Shown piece after piece: positions 56,491 to 64,000 of a stretch of DNA of 64,000 nucleotides (its first letter is position 1; every line of letters starts with the position of its first letter). This DNA is from an uncultured Eubacteriales bacterium (GTDB lineage Bacteria > Acidobacteriota > Aminicenantia > Aminicenantales > Saccharicenantaceae): assembly GCA_964585685.1 (NCBI GenBank), contig CAZPEP010000005.1, positions 17,783 to 81,782 on the forward strand, given 5' to 3'. Both the position numbers and the translations under genes were made by a program. The notes under the pieces were generated by a model, which was not told the origin of the DNA, did no database searches, and saw only the letters and a list, made by a program, of their open reading frames with translations.

Positions 56491-57564
56491 ATGAAGATTT
56501 ACAAGAACGAAAAAGGCAAGTGGTGCTATCGTTTCATGGCCAACGGCCAGCAGGCCCGTAAAGTCGTCGGCCTCTCGAAGCAGGAATGCGAGGCTGCGGC
56601 CTGCGCGGCCCGGGACAAGATCAAACGCAGCGGCTTCGGGCTCAAGGGAACGCCCAAGAATCTCTTTTTTGAGGACTTCGCGAAGGAATACCTGGACCGC
56701 TATTCCAGGGTGTACAAACGGTCCTGGAGAAGCGACGAGACCTCCTGCAAGCACCTGGCCGAGTTCTTTAAGGGCAAGTACCTTTCGGCAATCACCCGGA
56801 GCCTCGTCGAACACTACCAGGCCAAGCGCAAGGATGAGGTCGCGCCGGCTACGGTGAACCTCGAGATCGCCTGCCTGAAGAAGATGCTGAGCAAGGCCGT
56901 GGATTGGGATTACCTCGATTCTAATGTTGCCGCCAGGGTCAAAAAGTTCAAGCTGAACAATGCCCGGGAGAGGGTCCTTGACGCCGACGAGGCCCGGCGC
57001 CTGATCGAATGCGCGGCGCCTGCGCTCCAGCCGGTTCTCATCATAGCCCTAAAGACGGGAATGCGGCGGGGCGAGATCCTGAGCCTGAAGTGGTCGGACG
57101 TGAATTTCATCAAGGCCTTCATCCAGATCAAGGACACGAAGAGCGGAGAGCCCCGCAAGGTTCCCCTGAGCCCCGCTGCCCGGGAAGCCCTGAAGGCCCT
57201 CCCGCGAACCTCCGATTTCATCTTCTACAACGCCGAGACGAAAACGCACGTCAAGAGCGTCGTGACGGCGTTCGATACGGCCTGCACCAGGGCCGAGATC
57301 AAGGGGCTCCGCTTCCACGACCTCCGGCATACGTTCGCGACCTGGTACATGGAGAGGGGCGGCGACGTTGTGGCCCTGTCCAAGATCCTCGGGCATCATT
57401 CGCTTCAGATGACGCTCCGGTACTGCAATCCGACAGAGGGCGCGATGCTCCAGGCAGTTGAGAAGATGGACGCGATCTTGGGAAAACCCGAGGCCGAAAC
57501 CGGCAAAAATTTGGTCATCGAGAAGCCCGAAGCTGTCGTAACTGCGCCATTATTAAGCAATTAG
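56491..57564 (+). CDS. tyrosine-type site-specific recombinase / phage integrase
   Basis: 357 aa. Catalytic-domain motifs R (TGMRRGEIL), HDLRHTF, LGHHSLQMTLRY (H-x-x-R...Y). N-terminal SAM-like domain. The gene ends 14 bp before the att copy. Confidence 0.85.
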   Translation: MKIYKNEKGKWCYRFMANGQQARKVVGLSKQECEAAACAARDKIKRSGFGLKGTPKNLFFEDFAKEYLDRYSRVYKRSWRSDETSCKHLAEFFKGKYLSAITRSLVEHYQAKRKDEVAPATVNLEIACLKKMLSKAVDWDYLDSNVAARVKKFKLNNARERVLDADEARRLIECAAPALQPVLIIALKTGMRRGEILSLKWSDVNFIKAFIQIKDTKSGEPRKVPLSPAAREALKALPRTSDFIFYNAETKTHVKSVVTAFDTACTRAEIKGLRFHDLRHTFATWYMERGGDVVALSKILGHHSLQMTLRYCNPTEGAMLQAVEKMDAILGKPEAETGKNLVIEKPEAVVTAPLLSN

Positions 57565-57577
57565 ACATGAGGCCCTT

Positions 57578-57627
57578 GCGATTCGTAATCAGCAGGTCGG
57601 AGGTTCGATCCCTCTCGCTGGCTCCAT
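57578..57627 (+). repeat. att copy 1: direct repeat of tRNA-Thr 3' 48 nt with encoded CCA
   Basis: GATTCGTAATCAGCAGGTCGGAGGTTCGATCCCTCTCGCTGGCTCCA is identical to tRNA positions 28-72. It is followed by TCAAAACTCCCCATATGAAGCGCCAGAATCA, related to sequence after the tRNA gene and after copy 3. Confidence 0.7.
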
Positions 57628-57730
57628 CAAAACTCCCCATATGAAGCGCCAGAATCAGAGACTTAGACCTCTAGCCGGAGGTCTGCCCGTCTTGCCTGCG
57701 CTTGCCCCATAAAACAAGGAATTAGCCCCT

Positions 57731-57811
57731 AATGTGGCACAAATGTGGCACAAGCGTGGAACACGCCAATAATAACCTTTGAATAGGCGTTCCGGACTCC
57801 GGATTCAAAGG
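57731..57811. repeat. three tandem 11-bp direct repeats (AATGTGGCACA x2, AGCGTGGAACA) plus 36-bp palindrome CCTTTGAATAGG...CCGGATTCAAAGG; arm-site-like / regulatory
   Basis: Direct repeats at 57731-57765. Palindrome 57776-57811 with perfect 9-bp arms. Upstream of kinase gene and adjacent to a tRNA-like fragment. Confidence 0.35.
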
Positions 57812-57840
57812 TCGAAGGCTCGAATCCTCTCAGGCGCGCC
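57807..57840 (+). other. tRNA-Arg-like 3' fragment (variable loop, T-arm, acceptor 3' strand), second copy
   Basis: AAAGGTCGAAGGCTCGAATCCTCTCAGGCGCGCC aligns with AAAGGTCGGAGGTTCGAATCCTTTCAGGCACGCC of the 6167..6237 remnant (about 6 differences over 34 nt). Confidence 0.3.
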
Positions 57841-57902
57841 CCGTTTGACTTCCCGCCTATCCCTCTGTTAATCTGAGTCCAAGTTAGAGGAGGGGACCAA
57901 AC

Positions 57903-60900
57903 GTGGCCAACAAGTGCCCAACCTGTCATTCCGACAATCCCGATACCAAGCAGTTCTGCGCCGATTGCGGCACCCAGCTGCCTCTGCCCCAAGGCCATCC
58001 TCCGGTCCTGACGGAAACCCTTCAAACCCTTGTCCATGAACTCACCACCGGCTCCACCTTCGCCAATCGTTACCAGGTCATCGAGGAGCTAGGCCATGGC
58101 GGCATGGGCAGGGTCTATAAGGTCTTCGACAGCGACATCAAGGAGAAGATCGCCCTCAAGCTTCTCAGGCCCGAGATCGCCCTGGACCGGGAGACCGTCG
58201 AGCGCTTCTCGAACGAGCTGAAGCTTGCCCGGAAGATCAGCCACCGCAACGTCTGTCGGATGTTCGACCTGGGCAAGGCCGAGGGCACGACCTTCATCAC
58301 TATGGAGTTCGTGCCGGGCGAGGACTTGAAGAAGTTCATCCGGAAGTCCGGCCAGCTTGGGGCCGGCCGGGCCGTGTCAATCGCCAAGCAGGTCTGCGAA
58401 GGATTGACGGAGGCCCATCATCTGGGTGTCGTCCACCGTGACCTTAAGCCCCAGAACATCATGGTCGACGAGGACGGCAACGCTCGGATCATGGACTTCG
58501 GGATTGCCCGGTCGCTCTACGGCAAAAGCATAACAGGTGCCGGGGTGATGATCGGGACGCCGGAGTACATGTCACCGGAGCAGGTCGAGGGGAAGGAGGT
58601 TGACCAGCGCTCGGATATCTATTCGCTGGGGATCATCCTCTTCGAGATGGTCACGGGTCATGTGCCCTTCGAGGGCGACACGCCGTTCACGATCGGCGTC
58701 AAGCACAAAAGCGAGCGGCCGCGGGACCCCAGGGAGCTGAATCCGCAAATCCCTCAGGACCTCGGCCGGCTCGTCCTCAAATGTCTGGAGAAAGACGGCG
58801 CCAAGCGCTACCAGAGCGCGGGGGAGCTCCGTACGGACCTGGAGAAAATCGAACAGGCTATGCCGACGACCGAGCGCGTCGTTTCGAAGCGGAAGCCTCT
58901 CACCTCCAGGGAGATCACCGTTAAGTTCAACTTGAGAAAGCTCGCCGTCCCTTTATCAGCCGTCATCGTGCTGGCCGCAGCGGCCGTCATTCTTTGGAAA
59001 GTCATCCCTCACCGAAAGGCGCCCGCCGCGCCCAAGATCGAGAACTCCATCGCCGTCATCAGCTTCGTGAATCAGACCGGAGATAAGGACTTCGATTATT
59101 TGCAAAAGGCCATTCCCGACCTTCTGATCACCAGCCTGGAACGGCGAGGCGAGCTCTACGTGGCCACCTGGGAGCGGATGCTGGACCTTCTCGATCAGAT
59201 GGGGAAAAAGAATGTCGAAGTCATCGACAGGGAACTCGGTTTCGATCTGTGCCGGAGGGAGGGGATCGAAACGATTGTCATCGGGAGCTACATCAAGGCC
59301 GGGGAGACCTTCGCCACGGATGTAAAGGTCCTGGATGTGGGGACCAAGAGAATTCTCAAGAGCTGCACTTCAAGGGGAGAGGGGGCTTCGAGCATAATCA
59401 ACCGGCAGATCGATGAATTGACCAGGGAGATCTTTGAGGGCATCGGTCTGGCGAAGAAAGGCTCGGGTACTTCAGAGGTGCGCATAGCGGATGTCACGAC
59501 CAGCTCGATGGAAGCGTATAAATATTATCTGGAAGGGAGCGAGAATTTTCGAAAGCTATATTTCAATGAAGCCAGAATTGCTTTCGAAAAAGCCGTTGGG
59601 CTGGATCCGGATTTTGCAATGGCTTATGCTGCTCTTGCTAGCGCACACGGTGCGCTACAAAATATCGAAGCGAGATATACAGCTACAAAGAGGGCTAAAG
59701 CTCTGATGCATAAGGCAACTGAAAAGGAGAAAGCATCTATTGAGATATCTTATGCAGGGATAATAGAGAAGGATCGTGAGAAAGTCTCCCGGTTGCTCCA
59801 GCAAAGGGCAGAAAGATATCCCAGGGAAAAGGCAATAATTAATAATGTGGGGATAGATTATTACGAAACCGGAGCCTATGACCAAGCGATAAAAGCGTTT
59901 AACCAAGTGCTGGAACTGGATCCCAACTATGAGCCGGCACACAATATGCTGGGCTATACATATTTCAAGATGGGGGAATTTTCTAAGGCGGTTGAGCATC
60001 TCAAAAAATCTGCTTCTTTGCTCCCGGGCGAAGCCAATCCGCTCGATTCTCTGGGTGAGGCCTATTTTTGGATGGGCCGGCTGGATGAGTCCGCAGCGAC
60101 CTACAAACAAGCTCTAGAGATTAAAGCGGATTTCGAATCGGCCATTTTTGTCGTCGGGTATATTCATGCTTTGAAGGAAGAGTATGCTGAAGGCTTGAAA
60201 TGGTTTGACAAGTTCATTGCCGCGACTCCTCCCGGGATCAGAAGGGAGGGTTATCTTTTCAAAGGGTTTTACCGCTACTGGCTGGGGAGTTTGAAGGACT
60301 GCGATGGTGCTCTTCGTGAAGCCGAGAAATTATCGGAACCCGGTTATGTTTGGGGTGTGCCGTTTATCAACTGGCTGAAGGCGTTCATTCATTATGACCG
60401 GGGCGAGTTCGAGCAAAGCCGAAGGTATAACGAAAACTGGCTGGACGATTTTATCAAACAACATCCGGACAGAAAATATTACTATCAGGGAGCATATTCC
60501 TTCCTGTCCGGCTTATTGGAAATGAAGGCCGGACGTCGGGATTCAGCCGAGAAGATATTGGCTGAGATGAGATCACATTACAAAGATATGCCGCCCTACC
60601 GGAAAGACTGGGTGGCCTTCTATATCAAATTCCTCAGCGCCGAGCTGTCTCTTGCCGCTGGATCCCCCGAAAAAGCTATTGCTGTTTTTGAAGAACAAAC
60701 ACCCTTTCGCCCGGAAGGAATCTGGTATTATTCTTCAATGATTTTGTATAACCTGCCCATTAAAAAGGACGTTTTGCCCCGTGCCTATGAGCAGAAGGGG
60801 GATATCGATAGGGCCATCGCCGAATACGAGCGGCTGATCACATTCGATCCGGGGAACCCAAGCCGACAGCTCATCCACCCGGAATACCATTACAGGTTGG

Positions 60901-61043
60901 CCAAATTATATGAGCGGAAAGGCTTGAAGGCGAAAGCGGTCGAGCAATACAAGCGCTTCCTCGACCTCTGGAAGGACGCCGAGCCCGGCCTGCCCGAGGT
61001 TGCGGATGTGAATAAGCGGCTGGTTGGGCTGATTGGCAATTGA
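57903..61043 (+). CDS. transmembrane Ser/Thr protein kinase with N-terminal zinc ribbon and C-terminal TPR-repeat domain
   Basis: 1046 aa. [19 protein letters not shown] zinc ribbon. Kinase motifs ([24 protein letters not shown]). One TM helix ([17 protein letters not shown]). About 600 aa of TPR-like repeats. Confidence 0.8.
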   Translation: MANKCPTCHSDNPDTKQFCADCGTQLPLPQGHPPVLTETLQTLVHELTTGSTFANRYQVIEELGHGGMGRVYKVFDSDIKEKIALKLLRPEIALDRETVERFSNELKLARKISHRNVCRMFDLGKAEGTTFITMEFVPGEDLKKFIRKSGQLGAGRAVSIAKQVCEGLTEAHHLGVVHRDLKPQNIMVDEDGNARIMDFGIARSLYGKSITGAGVMIGTPEYMSPEQVEGKEVDQRSDIYSLGIILFEMVTGHVPFEGDTPFTIGVKHKSERPRDPRELNPQIPQDLGRLVLKCLEKDGAKRYQSAGELRTDLEKIEQAMPTTERVVSKRKPLTSREITVKFNLRKLAVPLSAVIVLAAAAVILWKVIPHRKAPAAPKIENSIAVISFVNQTGDKDFDYLQKAIPDLLITSLERRGELYVATWERMLDLLDQMGKKNVEVIDRELGFDLCRREGIETIVIGSYIKAGETFATDVKVLDVGTKRILKSCTSRGEGASSIINRQIDELTREIFEGIGLAKKGSGTSEVRIADVTTSSMEAYKYYLEGSENFRKLYFNEARIAFEKAVGLDPDFAMAYAALASAHGALQNIEARYTATKRAKALMHKATEKEKASIEISYAGIIEKDREKVSRLLQQRAERYPREKAIINNVGIDYYETGAYDQAIKAFNQVLELDPNYEPAHNMLGYTYFKMGEFSKAVEHLKKSASLLPGEANPLDSLGEAYFWMGRLDESAATYKQALEIKADFESAIFVVGYIHALKEEYAEGLKWFDKFIAATPPGIRREGYLFKGFYRYWLGSLKDCDGALREAEKLSEPGYVWGVPFINWLKAFIHYDRGEFEQSRRYNENWLDDFIKQHPDRKYYYQGAYSFLSGLLEMKAGRRDSAEKILAEMRSHYKDMPPYRKDWVAFYIKFLSAELSLAAGSPEKAIAVFEEQTPFRPEGIWYYSSMILYNLPIKKDVLPRAYEQKGDIDRAIAEYERLITFDPGNPSRQLIHPEYHYRLAKLYERKGLKAKAVEQYKRFLDLWKDAEPGLPEVADVNKRLVGLIGN

Positions 61044-61070
61044 TCGACACTTCGGGGCAGCCCCGAAGGT

Positions 61071-61197
61071 GAGCACAATCTGAGCACAACCGATTTTGTG
61101 TCCTACTTATATATCTTTATTATCAATAATATAAAACGCTAGGGCAGTTGGTTCGTAATCAGCAGGTCGGAGGTTCGATCCCTCTCGCTGGCTCCAT
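61071..61197 (+). repeat. conserved junction (GAGCACAATCTGAGCACAAYCGATTTTG...TTATTATCA) fused to att copy 2 (tRNA-Thr 3' 48 nt + CCA)
   Basis: Shares ~125 bp at ~85% identity with 63315..63440. The att part TTGGTTCGTAATCAGCAGGTCGGAGGTTCGATCCCTCTCGCTGGCTCCA lies at 61148-61197. Preceded by hairpin CTTCGGGGCAGCCCCGAAG after the kinase stop. Confidence 0.7.
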
Positions 61198-61382
61198 CCA
61201 TATTCCCTGAGAAAGCGGCTGGGAAATCAACGTCCCCAGGACTCGAAATATGCCGCGATTTGACACAACTCGTACCCGTTTTAAGTTTTAAAAGAACACC
61301 ATTAAACACAATCTGGGCGGGGACGAATCGGTTCGAGCTATACAAAATTGCTTTCGCGGTCTGGATATGTCAGTTCAAATCT

Positions 61383-63107
61383 TTATCTGTTACCGCGCCA
61401 GAGGTCATTCATCGAACCAAACAAGGAAACTTCCGAATCAAGGCCATATCCTCCGAAGAGCCACAGATGGCCCTCTGGATCGATCCAGGACACGGCATAT
61501 TGTTTTGGCCAAGGGCAGTTTGAGGGATCGGCTACGCCCTTGGTTCCGTAAACGCCCGGCTGATTTAAGGAATCGGTGCCGGATACCCAGGCCCATTCCA
61601 GGGTTGCCGGGTCAAACTTCCACAGGTCATTGAAGAGATTTGCCGCAGGCCCCCAACTCCCCGCAAACACTCCCCCCCCGAAGAGCCAGAGTTGATTGTG
61701 GGCATCTATCCAGGACACAGCGCCCAGTCTCCCCCCTGGGACGTTCGATGGATCGGCCAGGCCCTTTGATCCGTATACGCCTGGCTGGTCAGCAATATTG
61801 CTGCCGGATACCCAGGTCCATTCAACGGTTACCGGGTCGAATTTCCAAAGGTCGTTGAGATACCCCGAATCGTTCGCTGAAACAATGCCAACTCCTCCGA
61901 AGAGCCAGAGGTTGCCTTGGGAATCGAACCAGGATACAGCCCCCTCCCTAGCCCCAGGGCAGTTCGATGGATCGGCCAGACCCTTTGTGCCGTATACTCC
62001 TGGCTGTTCTTGCGAGTCTCCGCCGGATACCCAGGTCCATTCAACGGTTACCGGGTCGAATTTCCAGAGGTCGTTGAGATACCCCCAATCGTTCGCTGAA
62101 ACAATGCCCCGGCCTCCGAAGAGCCAGAGGTTGCCTTGGGAATCGAACCAGGATACAGCCAGCTCCCTAGCCCCAGGGCAGTTCGAGGGATCGGCCACGC
62201 CCTTGGTTCCGTAAACGCCCGGCTGATCTCGAGTATCGCTCCCGGATATCCATGTCCAATTCTGGGTTGCCGGGGCATATTTCCAAAGGTCGTTGTAGTA
62301 GTAACCCGTATAGGTCCAATCGTAGACATATCCTCCGAAGAGCCAGAGGTTGCCTTGGGAATCGAGCCAGGATACAGCCCTCTCCCTAGCCCCAGGGATG
62401 TTTGAGGGAGAGGGAACACCCTTAGTGCCGTAGGTCCCAGCTTGAGAGATGGTATCGCTGCCGGAAATCCAGGTCCATTCGAGAGAGATCGGTTCGACGA
62501 TGGTCGCGGTCGCAGAACCGGACATGGTGGTGTCCTCGACCGACGTGGCCGTGATCAAGACTGTGGGCGCGGCGGGCACGACGGTCGGTGCCGTATACAG
62601 GCCCGTGTTCGAGATGGTGCCGCACTCGGATCCCGTGCAGCTCGAACCCGAAACGGTCCAGGTCACGCTATTATCGACGGCGTTCTGGAGGGTGGCGGTG
62701 AACTGTTTTGTCCCGCCGGCCGCGACGAGGGAATCGGAAGGGGAGACCGTAACCACGACGGCCGCCAGAATGGTGATCGTGGCGCTGGCCGACTTGGAGG
62801 TATCGGCCGCGGAGGTGGCTCTGACCGTTATTGTCGCGGGGCTGGGAACGCTCCCTGGGGCCGTGTAAAGTCCGTCGCTACTGATCATACCGCACGCGGC
62901 GCCGCTGCACCCGGTGCCGGACAGATTCCAGGTCACCGCGGTATTTGCCGAGTTGCGCACGTTCGCCCAAAACCGCATCGATCTGGCAACGTGAACGTTC
63001 GCTGAGCCAGGCGTCAAAGTAACGCTGATCGCGGCGGAATCCTCGCCAGAGCTGCAGCCCCAGACGATAAAAAGCAAGCCCGCGAGAAGAATGCGTGCTT
63101 TAGACAT
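61383..63107 (-). CDS. lipoprotein with two Ig-like (BIG) domains and six Kelch-type beta-propeller repeats
   Basis: Start at MSKARILLAGLLFIVWGC (lipobox-like). Two ~90-aa Ig-like segments with CxGxxCG motifs. Six repeats of ...NDLWKFDP...W.WVSG...QPGVYGTKG..DP.N.PGAR..AVSW.D..GNLWLFGG. Confidence 0.65.
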   Translation of the reverse strand: MSKARILLAGLLFIVWGCSSGEDSAAISVTLTPGSANVHVARSMRFWANVRNSANTAVTWNLSGTGCSGAACGMISSDGLYTAPGSVPSPATITVRATSAADTSKSASATITILAAVVVTVSPSDSLVAAGGTKQFTATLQNAVDNSVTWTVSGSSCTGSECGTISNTGLYTAPTVVPAAPTVLITATSVEDTTMSGSATATIVEPISLEWTWISGSDTISQAGTYGTKGVPSPSNIPGARERAVSWLDSQGNLWLFGGYVYDWTYTGYYYNDLWKYAPATQNWTWISGSDTRDQPGVYGTKGVADPSNCPGARELAVSWFDSQGNLWLFGGRGIVSANDWGYLNDLWKFDPVTVEWTWVSGGDSQEQPGVYGTKGLADPSNCPGAREGAVSWFDSQGNLWLFGGVGIVSANDSGYLNDLWKFDPVTVEWTWVSGSNIADQPGVYGSKGLADPSNVPGGRLGAVSWIDAHNQLWLFGGGVFAGSWGPAANLFNDLWKFDPATLEWAWVSGTDSLNQPGVYGTKGVADPSNCPWPKQYAVSWIDPEGHLWLFGGYGLDSEVSLFGSMNDLWRGNR

Positions 63108-63314
63108 GTCGACCTCCTGATCCGCTTTATTTATGGCCATTCATGGGAAAAGTTGCACTAATTCCATGATGGCCGCCCCGGAATTTCCGCGTTCTTGGCA
63201 TCGGAGTCTCCCTCCTTAGTGACAACAATATAGTTTGGCCGGGCTGGGGAGCTGTCAAGAAGTTGTCAATAAAGTTAAAAAGTTTGGTCAAGACAACATG
63301 GCAGCACCGCAGGC

Positions 63315-63440
63315 GAGCACAATCTGAGCACAATCGATTTTGCCTACCCGCTAAGCACGTTTATTATCAGTAACGTGTAACACTAGGCAAGTTGGTTCGT
63401 AATCAGCAGGTCGGAGGTTCGATCCCTCTCGCTGGCTCCA
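63315..63440 (+). repeat. conserved junction fused to att copy 3 (tRNA-Thr 3' 48 nt + CCA)
   Basis: GAGCACAATCTGAGCACAATCGATTTTG...TTATTATCAGTAACG...CTAGGCAAGTTGGTTCGTAATCAGCAGGTCGGAGGTTCGATCCCTCTCGCTGGCTCCA. Followed by TAGAATTCCCCCATATGTGGCTACAGATTCAATCATTTAGG, related to sequence after the tRNA gene (46166-46210). Confidence 0.7.
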
Positions 63441-63697
63441 TAGAATTCCCCCATATGTGGCTACAGATTCAATCATTTAGGGGAGATCCAGCGCTGATAG
63501 GGTTTTCAGTCCTTTTAAGCAGGTTTAAGCTCTTTTTAGCGTTCAACACGACAAAAAGTCGACAGTAGCCTTTAGCACCGCGCGATCACCGGCACCAAAA
63601 AGGGTCTCTCCTAATGGACCAGCACTTGGTGCTCGGAATTCGGAATAAGGATACTGAAGGGAATCCTGCGGACGCGAGTGCTAGAGACCTGGGCGCC

Positions 63698-64000
63698 TTA
63701 CCACTCTCGATATTTCCAATCCTGCATAAGCTTACTAATCTTCCCGAAGGTAAGCTGTAGAACAAAGCCGTGCGATACAGGCGCTGCATAAACCAGGTTG
63801 CCTATTGGAATAGCCACCGCCCCAGATTCTTCGCTTGACCACGAAGCAATGAAGATTTCTTCGCCCTGAGTGACAGAAGTCGGCTGGCCAAATTTTATGA
63901 GGGCCTCATCATATGTCAATTGTCCCATTAGACCATGCATGGTCGAGGAAAATTGTTCCATTCTAGTATTGGTTGTCGCACAACCAATGCAGGATATCAC
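63698..64000 (-). CDS. hypothetical protein (partial, runs off window end), lower-GC DNA
   Basis: 100-aa open frame to window edge, ~48% GC by eye. First gene of a further cassette downstream of att copy 3. Confidence 0.25.
   Translation of the reverse strand: MISCIGCATTNTRMEQFSSTMHGLMGQLTYDEALIKFGQPTSVTQGEEIFIASWSSEESGAVAIPIGNLVYAAPVSHGFVLQLTFGKISKLMQDWKYREW

Larger units (their letters stand above)
46166..57627. mobile_element. integrated prophage/satellite-like element (~11.4 kb) at tRNA-Thr, bounded by tRNA 3' end and a 48-bp direct copy
   Basis: The element carries a tyrosine integrase and AlpA-like excisionase at the right end, a RecA-fold replication ATPase with an iteron array, a TP901-type tape-measure-like gene, a TerL-like gene and an RRM gene. 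GC is reduced by eye. No capsid or portal gene was recognised. Confidence 0.65.

Noticed and set aside
61696-62214. DNA-level repeats and plus-strand ORFs within 61.4-62.5 kb
   Set aside because: The periodicity is explained by the six Kelch-type protein repeats of the minus-strand lipoprotein gene. It is not an independent repeat element.

Overview
Window from a high-GC bacterium whose background genes use C-ending codons (Acidobacteria-like by protein families). It mixes housekeeping genes with several accessory regions.

Housekeeping genes called: an APC permease and gltS at the start; tricorn protease; nrdR, an Hsp20, lon, thiL; dapF, htrA, tmk, a class A PBP; a B12-binding radical SAM enzyme; smc; a PilZ protein.

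1. tRNA-Gln(CUG) remnant island (2479..6522, minus). A degenerate 58-nt duplicate of the tRNA 3' part lies 3.9 kb away. The bounded segment has no integrase and carries a translationally coupled FAD-oxidoreductase/SAF-domain dehydrogenase pair plus a decayed tRNA-Arg-like fragment.

2. Lower-GC accessory block (10250..23430), GC judged by eye. It holds a GT2 glycosyltransferase, an acyltransferase, a YfcC-family transporter, two GntR regulators, a TonB-dependent receptor, a DSD1-family PLP enzyme with an OCD/mu-crystallin partner, an IS5 transposase remnant abutting a very low-GC HAD hydrolase gene, and a palindromic operator.

3. Tandem array of integrated elements at tRNA-Thr(CGT) (46093..>64000). 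The most prominent feature. After the full tRNA come three direct copies of its 3' 48 nt (~57.58, 61.15 and 63.39 kb), each followed by a related arm sequence.
- Element 1 (46166..57627) is a compact prophage/satellite-like element. It encodes a tyrosine integrase, an AlpA-like excisionase, a RecA-fold replication ATPase next to an iteron array, a TP901-type tape-measure-like protein, a large-terminase-like protein and an RRM RNA-binding protein. No recognisable capsid or portal gene was found.
- Elements 2 and 3 have no integrase and share a conserved junction of ~125 bp. Each carries one large cargo gene: a Zn-ribbon/Ser-Thr kinase/TPR protein, and a BIG/Kelch lipoprotein.
- A tRNA-Arg-like 3' fragment with neighbouring triple direct repeats sits at the left end of element 2. 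It matches the decayed tRNA-Arg-like fragment in the tRNA-Gln island.

4. Other notable signals.
- A family of MITE-like G/C-run hairpin repeats, with a 4-unit alternating tandem array at 39.6..39.96 kb. It is not a CRISPR array.
- A recurrent palindrome AGGCTWWAGCCT in divergent intergenic regions.
- A ~55-nt conserved element in two copies, whose hairpin shows a compensatory base-pair change (possible small RNA).

Everything is read from sequence by eye. No searches were run.
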